NCBI GenBank assembly: GCA_965231815.1
Contig: OZ246890.1
Location: 1,692,888-1,756,887, forward strand
DNA length: 64,000 nt
Reading direction: 5' to 3'
Source of the DNA: Acidimicrobiia bacterium
Lineage (GTDB): Bacteria; Actinomycetota; Acidimicrobiia; Spongiisociales; Spongiisociaceae
Shown: in pieces, positions 43,391-51,662 of the stretch
Numbering within the stretch: position 1 is the first letter of the stretch
How the letters are laid out: each line of letters starts with the position of its first letter
Notes under the pieces: generated by a model
The model's database searches: none
What the model saw: only the letters and a program-made list of their open reading frames with translations
What the model was told of the DNA's origin: nothing
Made by a program: the position numbers and the translations under genes

Positions 43391-44092
43391 ATGCTGATAC
43401 CCTTCGATTATGGCTCCCATTCGTTTTCGGAGACGGCGATGATCGCTCGTGTCCCCCGCCTCAGGCCTATCGGTCAGCGGATCGAGTTGGTACCGATGGA
43501 CAGCCATTGCGGGGACATCACCCTCGGACTGTACGAGCAGGTCGGGGATCAAGGAACCTCGTTCCTGGTACACACCTACAGTTCCCGGGACGGGGCGACG
43601 TTGCGAGCGGCGTACGTTGCCGAGGCGATGTCCGTTCTGGGGGGTATGGTCATCGATCGGCAACAGGCAACGATATTGCGTTTCCCTTGCGGTGACGCTC
43701 ACCGGGTAGCCTGCCGGAGGATCTTTCTCGAGGCCGCCAAGCTGCCCACCGGTTCTCCCCTGGAGTCACGTCCGCTGCAAGTATTCGACAGAAGGCAGGG
43801 CAAGAACATTGAAATAACCTGCTCGGGCAGCCGGTACCGGGCACACAGTGCCGGCCATTCGGGGCTACATGATCGACGGGTGGCGGTGGCCGCTCTGGGT
43901 CTCGTCAGGCTTGGCGACATGGAGTCGATCCCGGATACCAGCGACCAGGTGCGCTTCCGATGCAATACGCCGCACGATGCGGTTGTGGGCCTCCTCCTCG
44001 CCCGAGCCTTGGAAGTAAGAGCAGCCCTTCGGGAGGTGGAGAGTCGAGCCGCCCGGGGAATACTCACCGCTCCCAGCAGCCAGGCACGCTAG
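43391..44092 (+). CDS. Hypothetical protein, no recognisable domain
   Basis: Open frame with a plausible composition (start 43391 or 43439). No motif recognised. Confidence 0.4.
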   Translation: MLIPFDYGSHSFSETAMIARVPRLRPIGQRIELVPMDSHCGDITLGLYEQVGDQGTSFLVHTYSSRDGATLRAAYVAEAMSVLGGMVIDRQQATILRFPCGDAHRVACRRIFLEAAKLPTGSPLESRPLQVFDRRQGKNIEITCSGSRYRAHSAGHSGLHDRRVAVAALGLVRLGDMESIPDTSDQVRFRCNTPHDAVVGLLLARALEVRAALREVESRAARGILTAPSSQAR

Positions 44093-44354
44093 TTGCTAGT
44101 TGCTTATGTGTGTTGTGAATTGGCGGCATATCGATAATGCAGTACAGTCGCTTCCTATCAGATTCCTTTTAACTACTGGATGCCCTTCTCCTGCCGACCC
44201 GTCCGTACAACCGCCGTCCTGATCAGCCGCCGGATCTACTAACAAGTTAATAACCGCTCAAGACAGAGACCTGATACGGGTCCTGGAAGACAAAAGATAC
44301 ATTAGTGTAAGGAAGATAACTGCATTAGCATCAAGAACATTCCTACATTAGGAG

Positions 44355-45671
44355 ATGGTACCGATTCGTGTAGCGCCTATGCCGAGGCATGTATCGGATC
44401 AGGTTGACGACGCGCTGGAGTGGGCAAGAGTCGTATTGATCCACGGCGCTCGCCAGGTCGGCAAGACAACTCTCGCCCTTATGACGAGCGAGCGGTTGGG
44501 AGGTACGTTCGTCACACTCGATGATCCGGCGTTGTTGGCGGCGGCTCGCCGTGACCCGGTGGGGTTCGTCCTCCAACCACAGCCGTTGGTGATCGACGAG
44601 ATACAAAGGGTCGGCGATCCGCTCCTAACGGCCCTCAAGTTGGTGGTTGACCGCGATCCGACCCCTGGCCAATTCATGATTACCGGTTCGACTAACTTCT
44701 TGACTGTCCCCACGATCTCGGAATCGCTGGCGGGGAGATTGGCGATCATCGAACTCCGGCCATTCTCCCAGGGTGAACTGGCTTGCGCCGGTCCTGAGAC
44801 TTTCATAAGCATGGCCTTCGATCAGCCTGAAGTTATTCGGACGGGACCATCCGGGTTGACCTCCCGAGATCAGTATTTGGAGTTGATTTGCGGAGGTGGT
44901 TACCCGGCCGTGATAAACCTCACGCTGCGGCAGCGCCGTGGCTGGTATAGAGACTATCTCCGCACTGTCATCCAGCGCGACATCGTCGAGTTAGCGGATA
45001 TTCGGCGCGCCGACGCCATAGTCCCGGTCCTGACCACATTGGCCGCGTTAACAGGACATCCGATTAACGTAGCCCGCCTGGCCCGTGGCGCAGGGATCAA
45101 TACGCGAACCGCCGATGGTTACCTTTCGTGGCTAGAGACCGTGTTTCTGGTACACCGCATACCTATGTGGTCCCGCAACCTATCCACTAAACAAGCCAAG
45201 TCGCCCAAACTATACGTAACTGACAGCGGCTTAGCGGCACACCTCGTCGGAAAGGGTCCGGTGGCCCTGGCCCGACCTACGGACCCATCAGTGGGAGGCT
45301 TGGTCGAGACCTTCGTGGCTAACGAGGTGGCCAAACAACTCACATGGAGCCAACCCGACGTGCGACTCCACCACTTCCGTGACCACGGTGGTCCCGAGAT
45401 CGACTTGATTCTTGAATCCCCCGATGGACGCATCGTGGCAATCGAGGTCAAGGCCGCCGTCTCTCCCGGTTCTGGAGCATCCCGATGGCTTGCCTGGTTT
45501 CGGGACCGACTTGACCGCATCGGCGAGGACTTCATGCACGGTTTCGTACTACACACGGGACCGAACCGTGCAAGCCTGGGCGATCGGATCACCTTGCTAC
45601 CCATCGACGCGCTCTGGAATCCGACCACATTGACCGGAGGGACAGGACATTTCCACGGCCGAACTGCTTAA
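44355..45671 (+). CDS. AAA+ ATPase with DUF4143-type C-terminal domain
   Basis: Walker A VLIHGARQVGKTTLA, Walker B LVIDEIQRV, FMITGSTNF, then the DUF4143-like region GYLSWLETVFLVHRIPMWSRN and EIDLILE...IVAIEVKA. Preceded by a 260-bp AT-rich spacer. Confidence 0.75.
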   Translation: MVPIRVAPMPRHVSDQVDDALEWARVVLIHGARQVGKTTLALMTSERLGGTFVTLDDPALLAAARRDPVGFVLQPQPLVIDEIQRVGDPLLTALKLVVDRDPTPGQFMITGSTNFLTVPTISESLAGRLAIIELRPFSQGELACAGPETFISMAFDQPEVIRTGPSGLTSRDQYLELICGGGYPAVINLTLRQRRGWYRDYLRTVIQRDIVELADIRRADAIVPVLTTLAALTGHPINVARLARGAGINTRTADGYLSWLETVFLVHRIPMWSRNLSTKQAKSPKLYVTDSGLAAHLVGKGPVALARPTDPSVGGLVETFVANEVAKQLTWSQPDVRLHHFRDHGGPEIDLILESPDGRIVAIEVKAAVSPGSGASRWLAWFRDRLDRIGEDFMHGFVLHTGPNRASLGDRITLLPIDALWNPTTLTGGTGHFHGRTA

Positions 45672-45714
45672 CCGGAGCTTGGATCCGGATAGGGCCGGCT
45701 CTGCTTCCCCGGCT

Positions 45715-46662
45715 TCAGTTGACCTGATTGAGCAGAGGCTCCCCGGTTCGGAGGCGGCGACAGTTCTCAACGGCCACTTCCAGGCTTCTTACCAGGGTTT
45801 CCCTCGTCTGCCAGGCCACATGGGGGGCAAGAACCACGTTGTCGAGGTCGAGGATGGCATTGCCGGATGGAACCGGTTCGGCAGCGAACACGTCGAGGCC
45901 TGCTGCCGCGAGTTGCCCTGATTGCAGGGCTTCTACCAAGGATGCCTGGTCCACTACCTCACCACGGGACGTGTTGATCAGGATGGCGCCCGGTTTCATC
46001 ATCGCCAGCGCATTCCGGTCGAGTATTCCGGCTGTTCGCTCGGTCAGCGGAACATGAAGCGAAACGATGTCCGCTTCACGAAGGAGTTCGTGAAGGTCCC
46101 TCCATTCACCCACCGCGGTCTCCTTGCGTGAGGTGGCGGTGTACAGGACGTCTGCTCCGAGGGCGACCAGGATCGGCCCCAGGATGCGGGGGATGCCGCC
46201 GTATCCAACCAATCCCACCGTTCTTCCGGCCAATTCCATACAGCTTTCGGGTACATCCCGCGGGATCCGCCAACCCCTTCCGGAACGGGTCTGTTCGTGG
46301 AACCAGGGGAGGCGACGCAGGCAGGCCAGTATCAGTGCCAGGGTCATCTCGGCAACCGCCCGGCTGTTGGCGCCGGGCATATTGCACACCGCGATGCGCC
46401 GGGCTCGGGCGGCAGCCAGGTCGATCGTGTTCACCCCCACCCCGATCTTTTGCACCAGCCGCAACCCGGGTCCGGCCTCCATGAGAGCGGCGGTCATCGG
46501 TTCGAGAACGTGCCACACCACCTCTGCGTCCGCTAGTTCGGTCAACATCCGATCGGGATCCGTCGGCTCCACCGCCACGACCCGCAGGCCCGCTTCTCTA
46601 TCCAACTCCCGCAAGCGGCGCCGCATCCATGGACCCGCGGTGTGGTGGTAGACGACCTTCAT
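45715..46662 (-). CDS. D-isomer-specific 2-hydroxyacid dehydrogenase family protein
   Basis: Start taken at MKVVYHH. GVGVNTIDLAAARARRIAVCNMPGANS, NAD fold GRTVGLVGYGGIPR, RGEVVDQASLVEAL..GQLAAAGLDVF..EP. Confidence 0.85.
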   Translation of the reverse strand: MKVVYHHTAGPWMRRRLRELDREAGLRVVAVEPTDPDRMLTELADAEVVWHVLEPMTAALMEAGPGLRLVQKIGVGVNTIDLAAARARRIAVCNMPGANSRAVAEMTLALILACLRRLPWFHEQTRSGRGWRIPRDVPESCMELAGRTVGLVGYGGIPRILGPILVALGADVLYTATSRKETAVGEWRDLHELLREADIVSLHVPLTERTAGILDRNALAMMKPGAILINTSRGEVVDQASLVEALQSGQLAAAGLDVFAAEPVPSGNAILDLDNVVLAPHVAWQTRETLVRSLEVAVENCRRLRTGEPLLNQVN

Positions 46663-46672
46663 CCGGGGACCA

Positions 46673-47446
46673 TCAGCGGTTGCCGGTCTCGCTCGCAAGC
46701 GGTCCGACCGTGACCAGATGCTTAGCCAGCGCCACGCAGGCCAAGGCGTCCTTGCCGTACCCGTCGGCGCCCATGTCGTCGGCGAACTCCCGGGTGACCG
46801 GGGCGCCACCCACCATGATCTGGACCTCGTCTCTGAGGTCTTCGTCGATGAAAGCCTCGATCGTGCGACCCATGTTGGGCATGGTGGTTGTGAGCAGGGC
46901 CGACATGCCGAGCACTCTCGCCTGGTGTTCCTCCACCGCGTCTATGAACTCATCAGGTGAGGTGTCCACGCCGAGATCGACAACGATGAATCCGGCCCCC
47001 CGCAGCATCATGATGCACAGGTTCTTGCCGATGTCGTGCAGGTCGCCCTTCACCGTCCCCATGACCACCGTCCCGATCGGCTCTACCCCGGATGCGGACA
47101 GTATCGGTTCGATATGTCGCATACCGGCTTTCATAGCTCGAGCACAGGCCAGCACCTCCGGTACGAATATGAAGTTCTCCCTGAACTTGATTCCCACGAT
47201 TCCCATCCCGGCGATCAGTCCGTCGTCCATTACCTCAAGGGCCTCAAACCCGTGGGAGAGGGCGTATTCGGTCAGCCGATCGACCTCGTGGTGCTCGGCT
47301 TCGATTAGCGCCGCCGCTATGTCCTGCATCAGTGGGTCGGCCCGGCTGAACAACTCGATGTTGCGGGCCAACTCGTCGGGTCGATCCAGGTAGTCCTCGA
47401 TCTCGTAGCGGATTGTCTCGTTGAGAATGTCGGGCAACTCGGCCAT
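46673..47446 (-). CDS. Cobalamin-binding corrinoid protein (MtaC/MtbC-like)
   Basis: B12-binding DxHxxG motif in GTVKGDLHDIGKNLCIMMLRGAGFIVVDLGVD, then LGMSALLTTTM and VGGAPV. Confidence 0.85.
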   Translation of the reverse strand: MAELPDILNETIRYEIEDYLDRPDELARNIELFSRADPLMQDIAAALIEAEHHEVDRLTEYALSHGFEALEVMDDGLIAGMGIVGIKFRENFIFVPEVLACARAMKAGMRHIEPILSASGVEPIGTVVMGTVKGDLHDIGKNLCIMMLRGAGFIVVDLGVDTSPDEFIDAVEEHQARVLGMSALLTTTMPNMGRTIEAFIDEDLRDEVQIMVGGAPVTREFADDMGADGYGKDALACVALAKHLVTVGPLASETGNR

Positions 47447-47462
47447 GCTAGAGATCCCTCGG

Positions 47463-48518
47463 TCAGGCCGCCGGAGGGTGTGCGGCGTGCCATTCCTTTA
47501 CAGTCTTGGGGATTTCGAGCAGGTTTTCGATGGGGGTCTGAAGGGGGATGGCGCATTCGGGCGTCACTATCTGAACCCCGGCTTCTAGATTGGCGAGGAC
47601 CTCGCCTCGAACCTCGGCCGGTCCCTTGGCGAACAGGGTTTCCGGGTTGTTGATGTTGCCGGCAAGGGCGATTTTATCGTGTACGGCATCCATGGACTCT
47701 TCGGGCTGGTTCTTGGAGTCGTAATGGAAGGCCGCCATTCCGGTCTCGGCGATGTAGCCCATCCTGTCGACGGTCCTCCCGCAGATGTGGAGGATCAACG
47801 GAACCGGTATCCGCTCCACCATCTCGATGTGGAGATCCTTCAGGAAGCGAAGGTAGTAGTCCCCGGAGACAAGGTCACCGGTAGCGTGGTCAGGAAAGGT
47901 CAGAGCATCGGCCCCGGCCTCGATCTGGGCCACCCCGAACAGGACCGAGATCTCCTTCATTCGGTTGAGGGCGTCCATCGTCTTGGCTTCGTCGTCGTAG
48001 GACATCAACAGGAACGGCTCGACGCCGAAGCAGTGGTAGCCAAGAGTCCACGGCCCCATGGTCTTTCCGATGATTGCCGCCTCGTTGCCGAACTCCTTCC
48101 GCAAGAGGCTAATCGCGTCGATGACGCATTTGATGTCGCGGTGCTCCAGGAACCCATCCGGAATCTGTACGTCCTCCGGTCGTTCCCAGATCGGCTCCCG
48201 CATCTTCACGGTGGGCCAGTTGTCCTTCTGCTCCCATTGCATCTTGCATCCCAGGGCTGAGGATTCCTGGATGATCGAAAAGACCGGCATGATGCTGTCA
48301 AAGCCGAGTTCTGTGTAACCGGTGGCGGCTAGTCGCGCCATGAGCTCCGCTTCCCGGTTGGCCTGCGGGAAGTACGCATCGGTGAGGTCCATAAGCTCAA
48401 CAGTGGCGATCGAAGTCGGGTTGGCGACCGGTGTCCTGTCGACCGGTTCCCGGCGCAACGCCGCCAGTACCCGCTCACGGGAGGTCATAGCCGACACTGT
48501 GGCCGTCGCCCCGTTCAT
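47463..48518 (-). CDS. Uroporphyrinogen-decarboxylase-family methyltransferase (MtaA/MtbA-like, methylcorrinoid MT2 type)
   Basis: MTSRERVLAALRREPVDRTPVANPTS...MPVFSIIQESSALGCKMQW...ILHICG. Lies next to the corrinoid protein. Confidence 0.8.
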   Translation of the reverse strand: MNGATATVSAMTSRERVLAALRREPVDRTPVANPTSIATVELMDLTDAYFPQANREAELMARLAATGYTELGFDSIMPVFSIIQESSALGCKMQWEQKDNWPTVKMREPIWERPEDVQIPDGFLEHRDIKCVIDAISLLRKEFGNEAAIIGKTMGPWTLGYHCFGVEPFLLMSYDDEAKTMDALNRMKEISVLFGVAQIEAGADALTFPDHATGDLVSGDYYLRFLKDLHIEMVERIPVPLILHICGRTVDRMGYIAETGMAAFHYDSKNQPEESMDAVHDKIALAGNINNPETLFAKGPAEVRGEVLANLEAGVQIVTPECAIPLQTPIENLLEIPKTVKEWHAAHPPAA

Positions 48519-48576
48519 GTCGTTTCTCGTCTCCCAGTATCAGGGTTGGCGCCGCTTGAGGTTGCCCGGCACGCTT

Positions 48577-48614
48577 AACGTGCTCCCCATAGGATAACGT
48601 GCGCCCCATAGGAT
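48577..48614. promoter_or_regulatory. Tandem 19-bp direct repeat upstream of the corrinoid methyltransferase operon
   Basis: aacgtgctccccataggat / aacgtgcgccccataggat (18/19 identical), lying 59-96 bp upstream of the start at 48518. Confidence 0.5.
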
Positions 48615-48697
48615 ACTGTCCCGGCCAATTCCGAATGCTTCACCCTTGCGAGGGTTGTTGCACTCACCCGAGGGCGGACCAGGCTGCCCTCGACCGC

Positions 48698-48904
48698 TAG
48701 CCCTGATTGTTCGGGGTTCCCACACCGTGGCAGATAACGCCAGTTCGCCTGGATACTTGCTCGAACTCACCGTGTCACCCGACAGGTGAATCTACACTCC
48801 GGAGAGGGACAAGAGACGCCCGATAGCTGTACTGCCTGGTCAGGGCGCAGCCATGGTCTACTCCACTCATCCGCCGAACCCCCATCTATGAACAATCGGG
48901 GCTA
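48698..48904 (+). mobile_element. MITE-like repeat family 1, copy 3
   Basis: TAGCCCTGATTGTTCGGGG...CTATGAACAATCGGGGCTA, with the same internal blocks as copies 1 and 2. Ends 14 bp before the start codon of an SLH-domain gene. Confidence 0.85.
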
Positions 48905-48918
48905 GCTAGACTGCGAGG

Positions 48919-49473
48919 ATGAGATGGGTGAAGCAGTGCCTCCTCCTTATCCTCGCCTTCTTGGTGGTGGCCGGGTCGGCGGTGTGGGCGCAAGCCCGGT
49001 TCTCGGACGTGCCCGCAGCGCATCCCCACGTCGAGGCTATCGAGTGGGCGGCGGAAGCTGGCTACTTCTTCGGGTACCCGGACGGTACCTTCCGCCCCGA
49101 CAGCCTCCTCACCGCCGAGCAAGCTGCCACGGTGTTTCTGCGGGCCTTCCCCGATGGTGTCACCCGCGGCGAACTCGCCGAGGTCCTGATAAGCCACCGC
49201 AACACGACCTCTTGTGGCTCGCATTGGGATGATTTTCTATGCCAAGTCATCCCCGAGTCGCCGGACGTGATCTCATTTCGAGTGGAGGATGCCTGCAACC
49301 CCCTCACCGTGACAGTATGGGCCGCCTCGTGGCATTTCGGGTACCGCATCAGCGACAAGGCGGCAGCGGCCGTGTTCGATGCCCGACCGGGACAGATCAT
49401 CTCGATCGAACTACCGGAGGTGTCGCAGCCCTTCCCTGGCTACTCATGGGAATGGTCTGGCCAGTGCCACTAG
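48919..49473 (+). CDS. Small secreted SLH-domain protein
   Basis: Signal-like LLLILAFLVVAGSAVWAQA, then the SLH unit RFSDVPAAHPHVEAIEWAAEAGYFFGYPDGTFRPDSLLTAEQAATVFLRAF. Confidence 0.7.
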   Translation: MRWVKQCLLLILAFLVVAGSAVWAQARFSDVPAAHPHVEAIEWAAEAGYFFGYPDGTFRPDSLLTAEQAATVFLRAFPDGVTRGELAEVLISHRNTTSCGSHWDDFLCQVIPESPDVISFRVEDACNPLTVTVWAASWHFGYRISDKAAAAVFDARPGQIISIELPEVSQPFPGYSWEWSGQCH

Positions 49474-49833
49474 GCCTAGGCCGCCGCTAGACGCTATCGG
49501 TCCCCGGCCCGGGTACCGCGCCGTCGGGCTAGCTAGGGCGTGTTGACATTGCGTAGGGAATTTGATGATGAGTGCCATCTCCAGCGCGTACGTGATCGAC
49601 GTGGTGATGCTGACCTGCACCGGGTCGGAGGTCATCCACCCTTTTCTTTCCCGACCGGGGTCGCTGATCTGAAAAAGCTCGCTGTAACTGCTCGGCGCTG
49701 TGGAAACTCTTACAACAATAACCCGTCCGGTTCTTCCCTCCCCTTGTCCGGTCCTATCTCATGTCCTACGCAGGAGCCTCCGACGGACGCTGACCGAGTA
49801 GTAGGTCTGCGTCCGTCGGGTCGGCAAAGGTCC

Positions 49834-51498
49834 TTATCCTTTTGACATCGTGAAAGCGGAGGCGTGGACTATTGCACCCTCGTAGGTCAGCATCTGGCCC
49901 ACTATGTTCCTGTCGTTCACATGAGATTCTGTGCCCAGACCGACTCCGCGGTTCTCTACTGCTCGTGCTTGGGCGAAGCGTCTAATCCTGCCCAGGACCC
50001 GGGTAGGGGAGGGATGCCCGCTGGCGGACGCTCGCTCCATAAGGTGGGAGCGAACCAAACCTTCCCAATGAGGAACCAGCAGGTCGTGGCTACCGAACAG
50101 TTCTATAGCCACGACCCACAATCCGTGGGTGACGGCCATCCCACACTGGCCTGGAAGGGGCCCCAGCCGAACGAGTTGTTCGACAGATCGGGCACGTCGC
50201 CGATCGCGGTGGAGCGACCGCTCGGCGTCTCGCACGGCTCTGGTTTCGGAGTTGACCTGAAGATGGGCGAGTTCTTGGTCGACGGAGCTCCAGACGGCGG
50301 CCTGGTCGCTGCGGTGCGACCCTTCCCGCCGGATCGAGTTGACCACCGACGCGTTCTTCGCCCGTCTAGTCCGTCGAGGAGCGAAAGAGGCGCCGCGGCC
50401 GAATTCGCGACGATTTCCCCACCTGCCCTGCTCGAGGCAGGACACCGGTATCCGGAGGCGGGACGACCCGTCAACCAGGACGCTGGTGTTGAGCACCCGA
50501 TCCTGTAGTCCCCCGACGAGTTGTTCTCCTTCGGGGATCAGGACTAGGCGATTGGTGGGATTAGTCACTTCCAGAAACGGTACCGTCGAATCAGGTAGTT
50601 CCTCGATCACCAGGCCCGAGTCGCGGCCCGTGGCGATCTTCGGGAGGGAGTTCCCCGGCAGGTAGAGGGGAAAGAAGGAGATTCCCGACCGGGTGATGGG
50701 GATGCCCACCGCAACCTTCTCCAGGTTCGGGATTTGGCGCCGCGATACCCGGCGGCGGGCTGGTCCTTCTTGGCGACGGGGGCGTGGGTTGTCACCGCCG
50801 GTTTGTTTTCCTCGGGGTTGGCCCATCACTTCTTCCGCCTCACGGGTTCCGCCATAGAACTGTCCGGCATCCATCGTCCGCTGGACTCTGGTCTTTCCCC
50901 GATATTCGCGGGCAGCGCGGGAAATGGACTGGAAGGCCGCGGCGGTTCCCGCTGCCGACGCCTCGAAATTGGAAATGCTCTCCTTGGCGAATCCGATACG
51001 TCCCGCCTCCATATAGGCATCCTGATTGGCCCCCATGAACACGAACTCCCAACCGGATTCCTTCCGTGCGCTGATCAACTCCGCCACCCCTGCCCGGTTG
51101 TACCGTCGGGAGGCGTTCTCGAGCCCATCGCTGAAGATCACTACCAGTTGGTCCTCCGAAGCTCGTCTTTCCCCGGATCGGGCTTCGATACGCCGGTCTG
51201 CGTGTTGGATGAGCTCACCGATGGCGTCCAGCAGGGGAGTAGAACCTCGGGGTTGATAGGTTTTGGTTGTGAGCGGCGGGACCTCCTCGACAGGAGCGGC
51301 GTCGTGGATGATCTCGAACGGGGCCTGGCTGTCGAACTGTACAAGGGTTAGGTGCGCGCTCCCGGTTGCCTGAGCCTGCTCGCCGATGAACGTGTTGAAC
51401 CCTCCGATCACGTCCTCGGTCAGTCGTCCCATCGAGCCCGAGCGATCGAGAAGGAACCAGAGCTTTGTCGGTTCGGGGGCTGTTGATTCGGTCAACAC
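49834..51498 (-). CDS. Fusion protein: N-terminal vWA (MIDAS) domain + C-terminal ARPP-1-like domain (unknown function)
   Basis: AAGGAG Shine-Dalgarno sequence upstream. vWA: LWFLLDRSGSMGR...TPLLDAIG...VVIFSDGLENAS. After a basic linker: FFPLYLP...LVIEELPDSTVPFLEVTNPTNRLVLIPEGEQLVGGLQDRVLNTSVLVDGSSRLRIPVSCLEQGRWG...DQAAVWSSVD. From memory this matches the ARG/rhodanese-phosphatase-associated ARPP-1 family. Confidence 0.7.
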   Translation of the reverse strand: MLTESTAPEPTKLWFLLDRSGSMGRLTEDVIGGFNTFIGEQAQATGSAHLTLVQFDSQAPFEIIHDAAPVEEVPPLTTKTYQPRGSTPLLDAIGELIQHADRRIEARSGERRASEDQLVVIFSDGLENASRRYNRAGVAELISARKESGWEFVFMGANQDAYMEAGRIGFAKESISNFEASAAGTAAAFQSISRAAREYRGKTRVQRTMDAGQFYGGTREAEEVMGQPRGKQTGGDNPRPRRQEGPARRRVSRRQIPNLEKVAVGIPITRSGISFFPLYLPGNSLPKIATGRDSGLVIEELPDSTVPFLEVTNPTNRLVLIPEGEQLVGGLQDRVLNTSVLVDGSSRLRIPVSCLEQGRWGNRREFGRGASFAPRRTRRAKNASVVNSIRREGSHRSDQAAVWSSVDQELAHLQVNSETRAVRDAERSLHRDRRRARSVEQLVRLGPLPGQCGMAVTHGLWVVAIELFGSHDLLVPHWEGLVRSHLMERASASGHPSPTRVLGRIRRFAQARAVENRGVGLGTESHVNDRNIVGQMLTYEGAIVHASAFTMSKG

Positions 51499-51582
51499 AT
51501 CTCCTTAGGTCTGGGTTGGGGTGTGGTTTCGACCCTCAACCGGTACAACACCGTGACTGAGCAATTTATTCCTGTTTGACAA

Positions 51583-51592
51583 TAACCGGTTA
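51583..51592. promoter_or_regulatory. Perfect 10-bp palindrome in the divergent promoter region (candidate operator)
   Basis: TAACCGGTTA sits within an AT-rich 164-bp spacer. The adjacent TTATTcctgtttgacAATAA is also an inverted repeat. Confidence 0.35.
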
Positions 51593-51662
51593 AATTCTGA
51601 ATGACAAGAACTATCTGGGCCAAGTTATCCATTCCCGCGATACGATTCCTATCATTGTATGG

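Noticed and set aside
48519-48697. Possible cobalamin riboswitch in the leader of the corrinoid methyltransferase operon (minus strand).
   Set aside because: I could not find a convincing B12 box or the GGTGAAA..TCC / GCCACTG core elements. Only generic GC hairpins and the 19-bp direct repeats are present. An Rfam scan would settle it.
49780-49819. 11-bp-stem hairpin (CCGACGGACGC ... GCGTCCGTCGG) downstream of the vWA-ARPP gene, considered as a terminator.
   Set aside because: The loop is 18 nt and there is no U-tract on the relevant (minus) strand, so an intrinsic terminator call is not supported. It may still be a processing or stability element.
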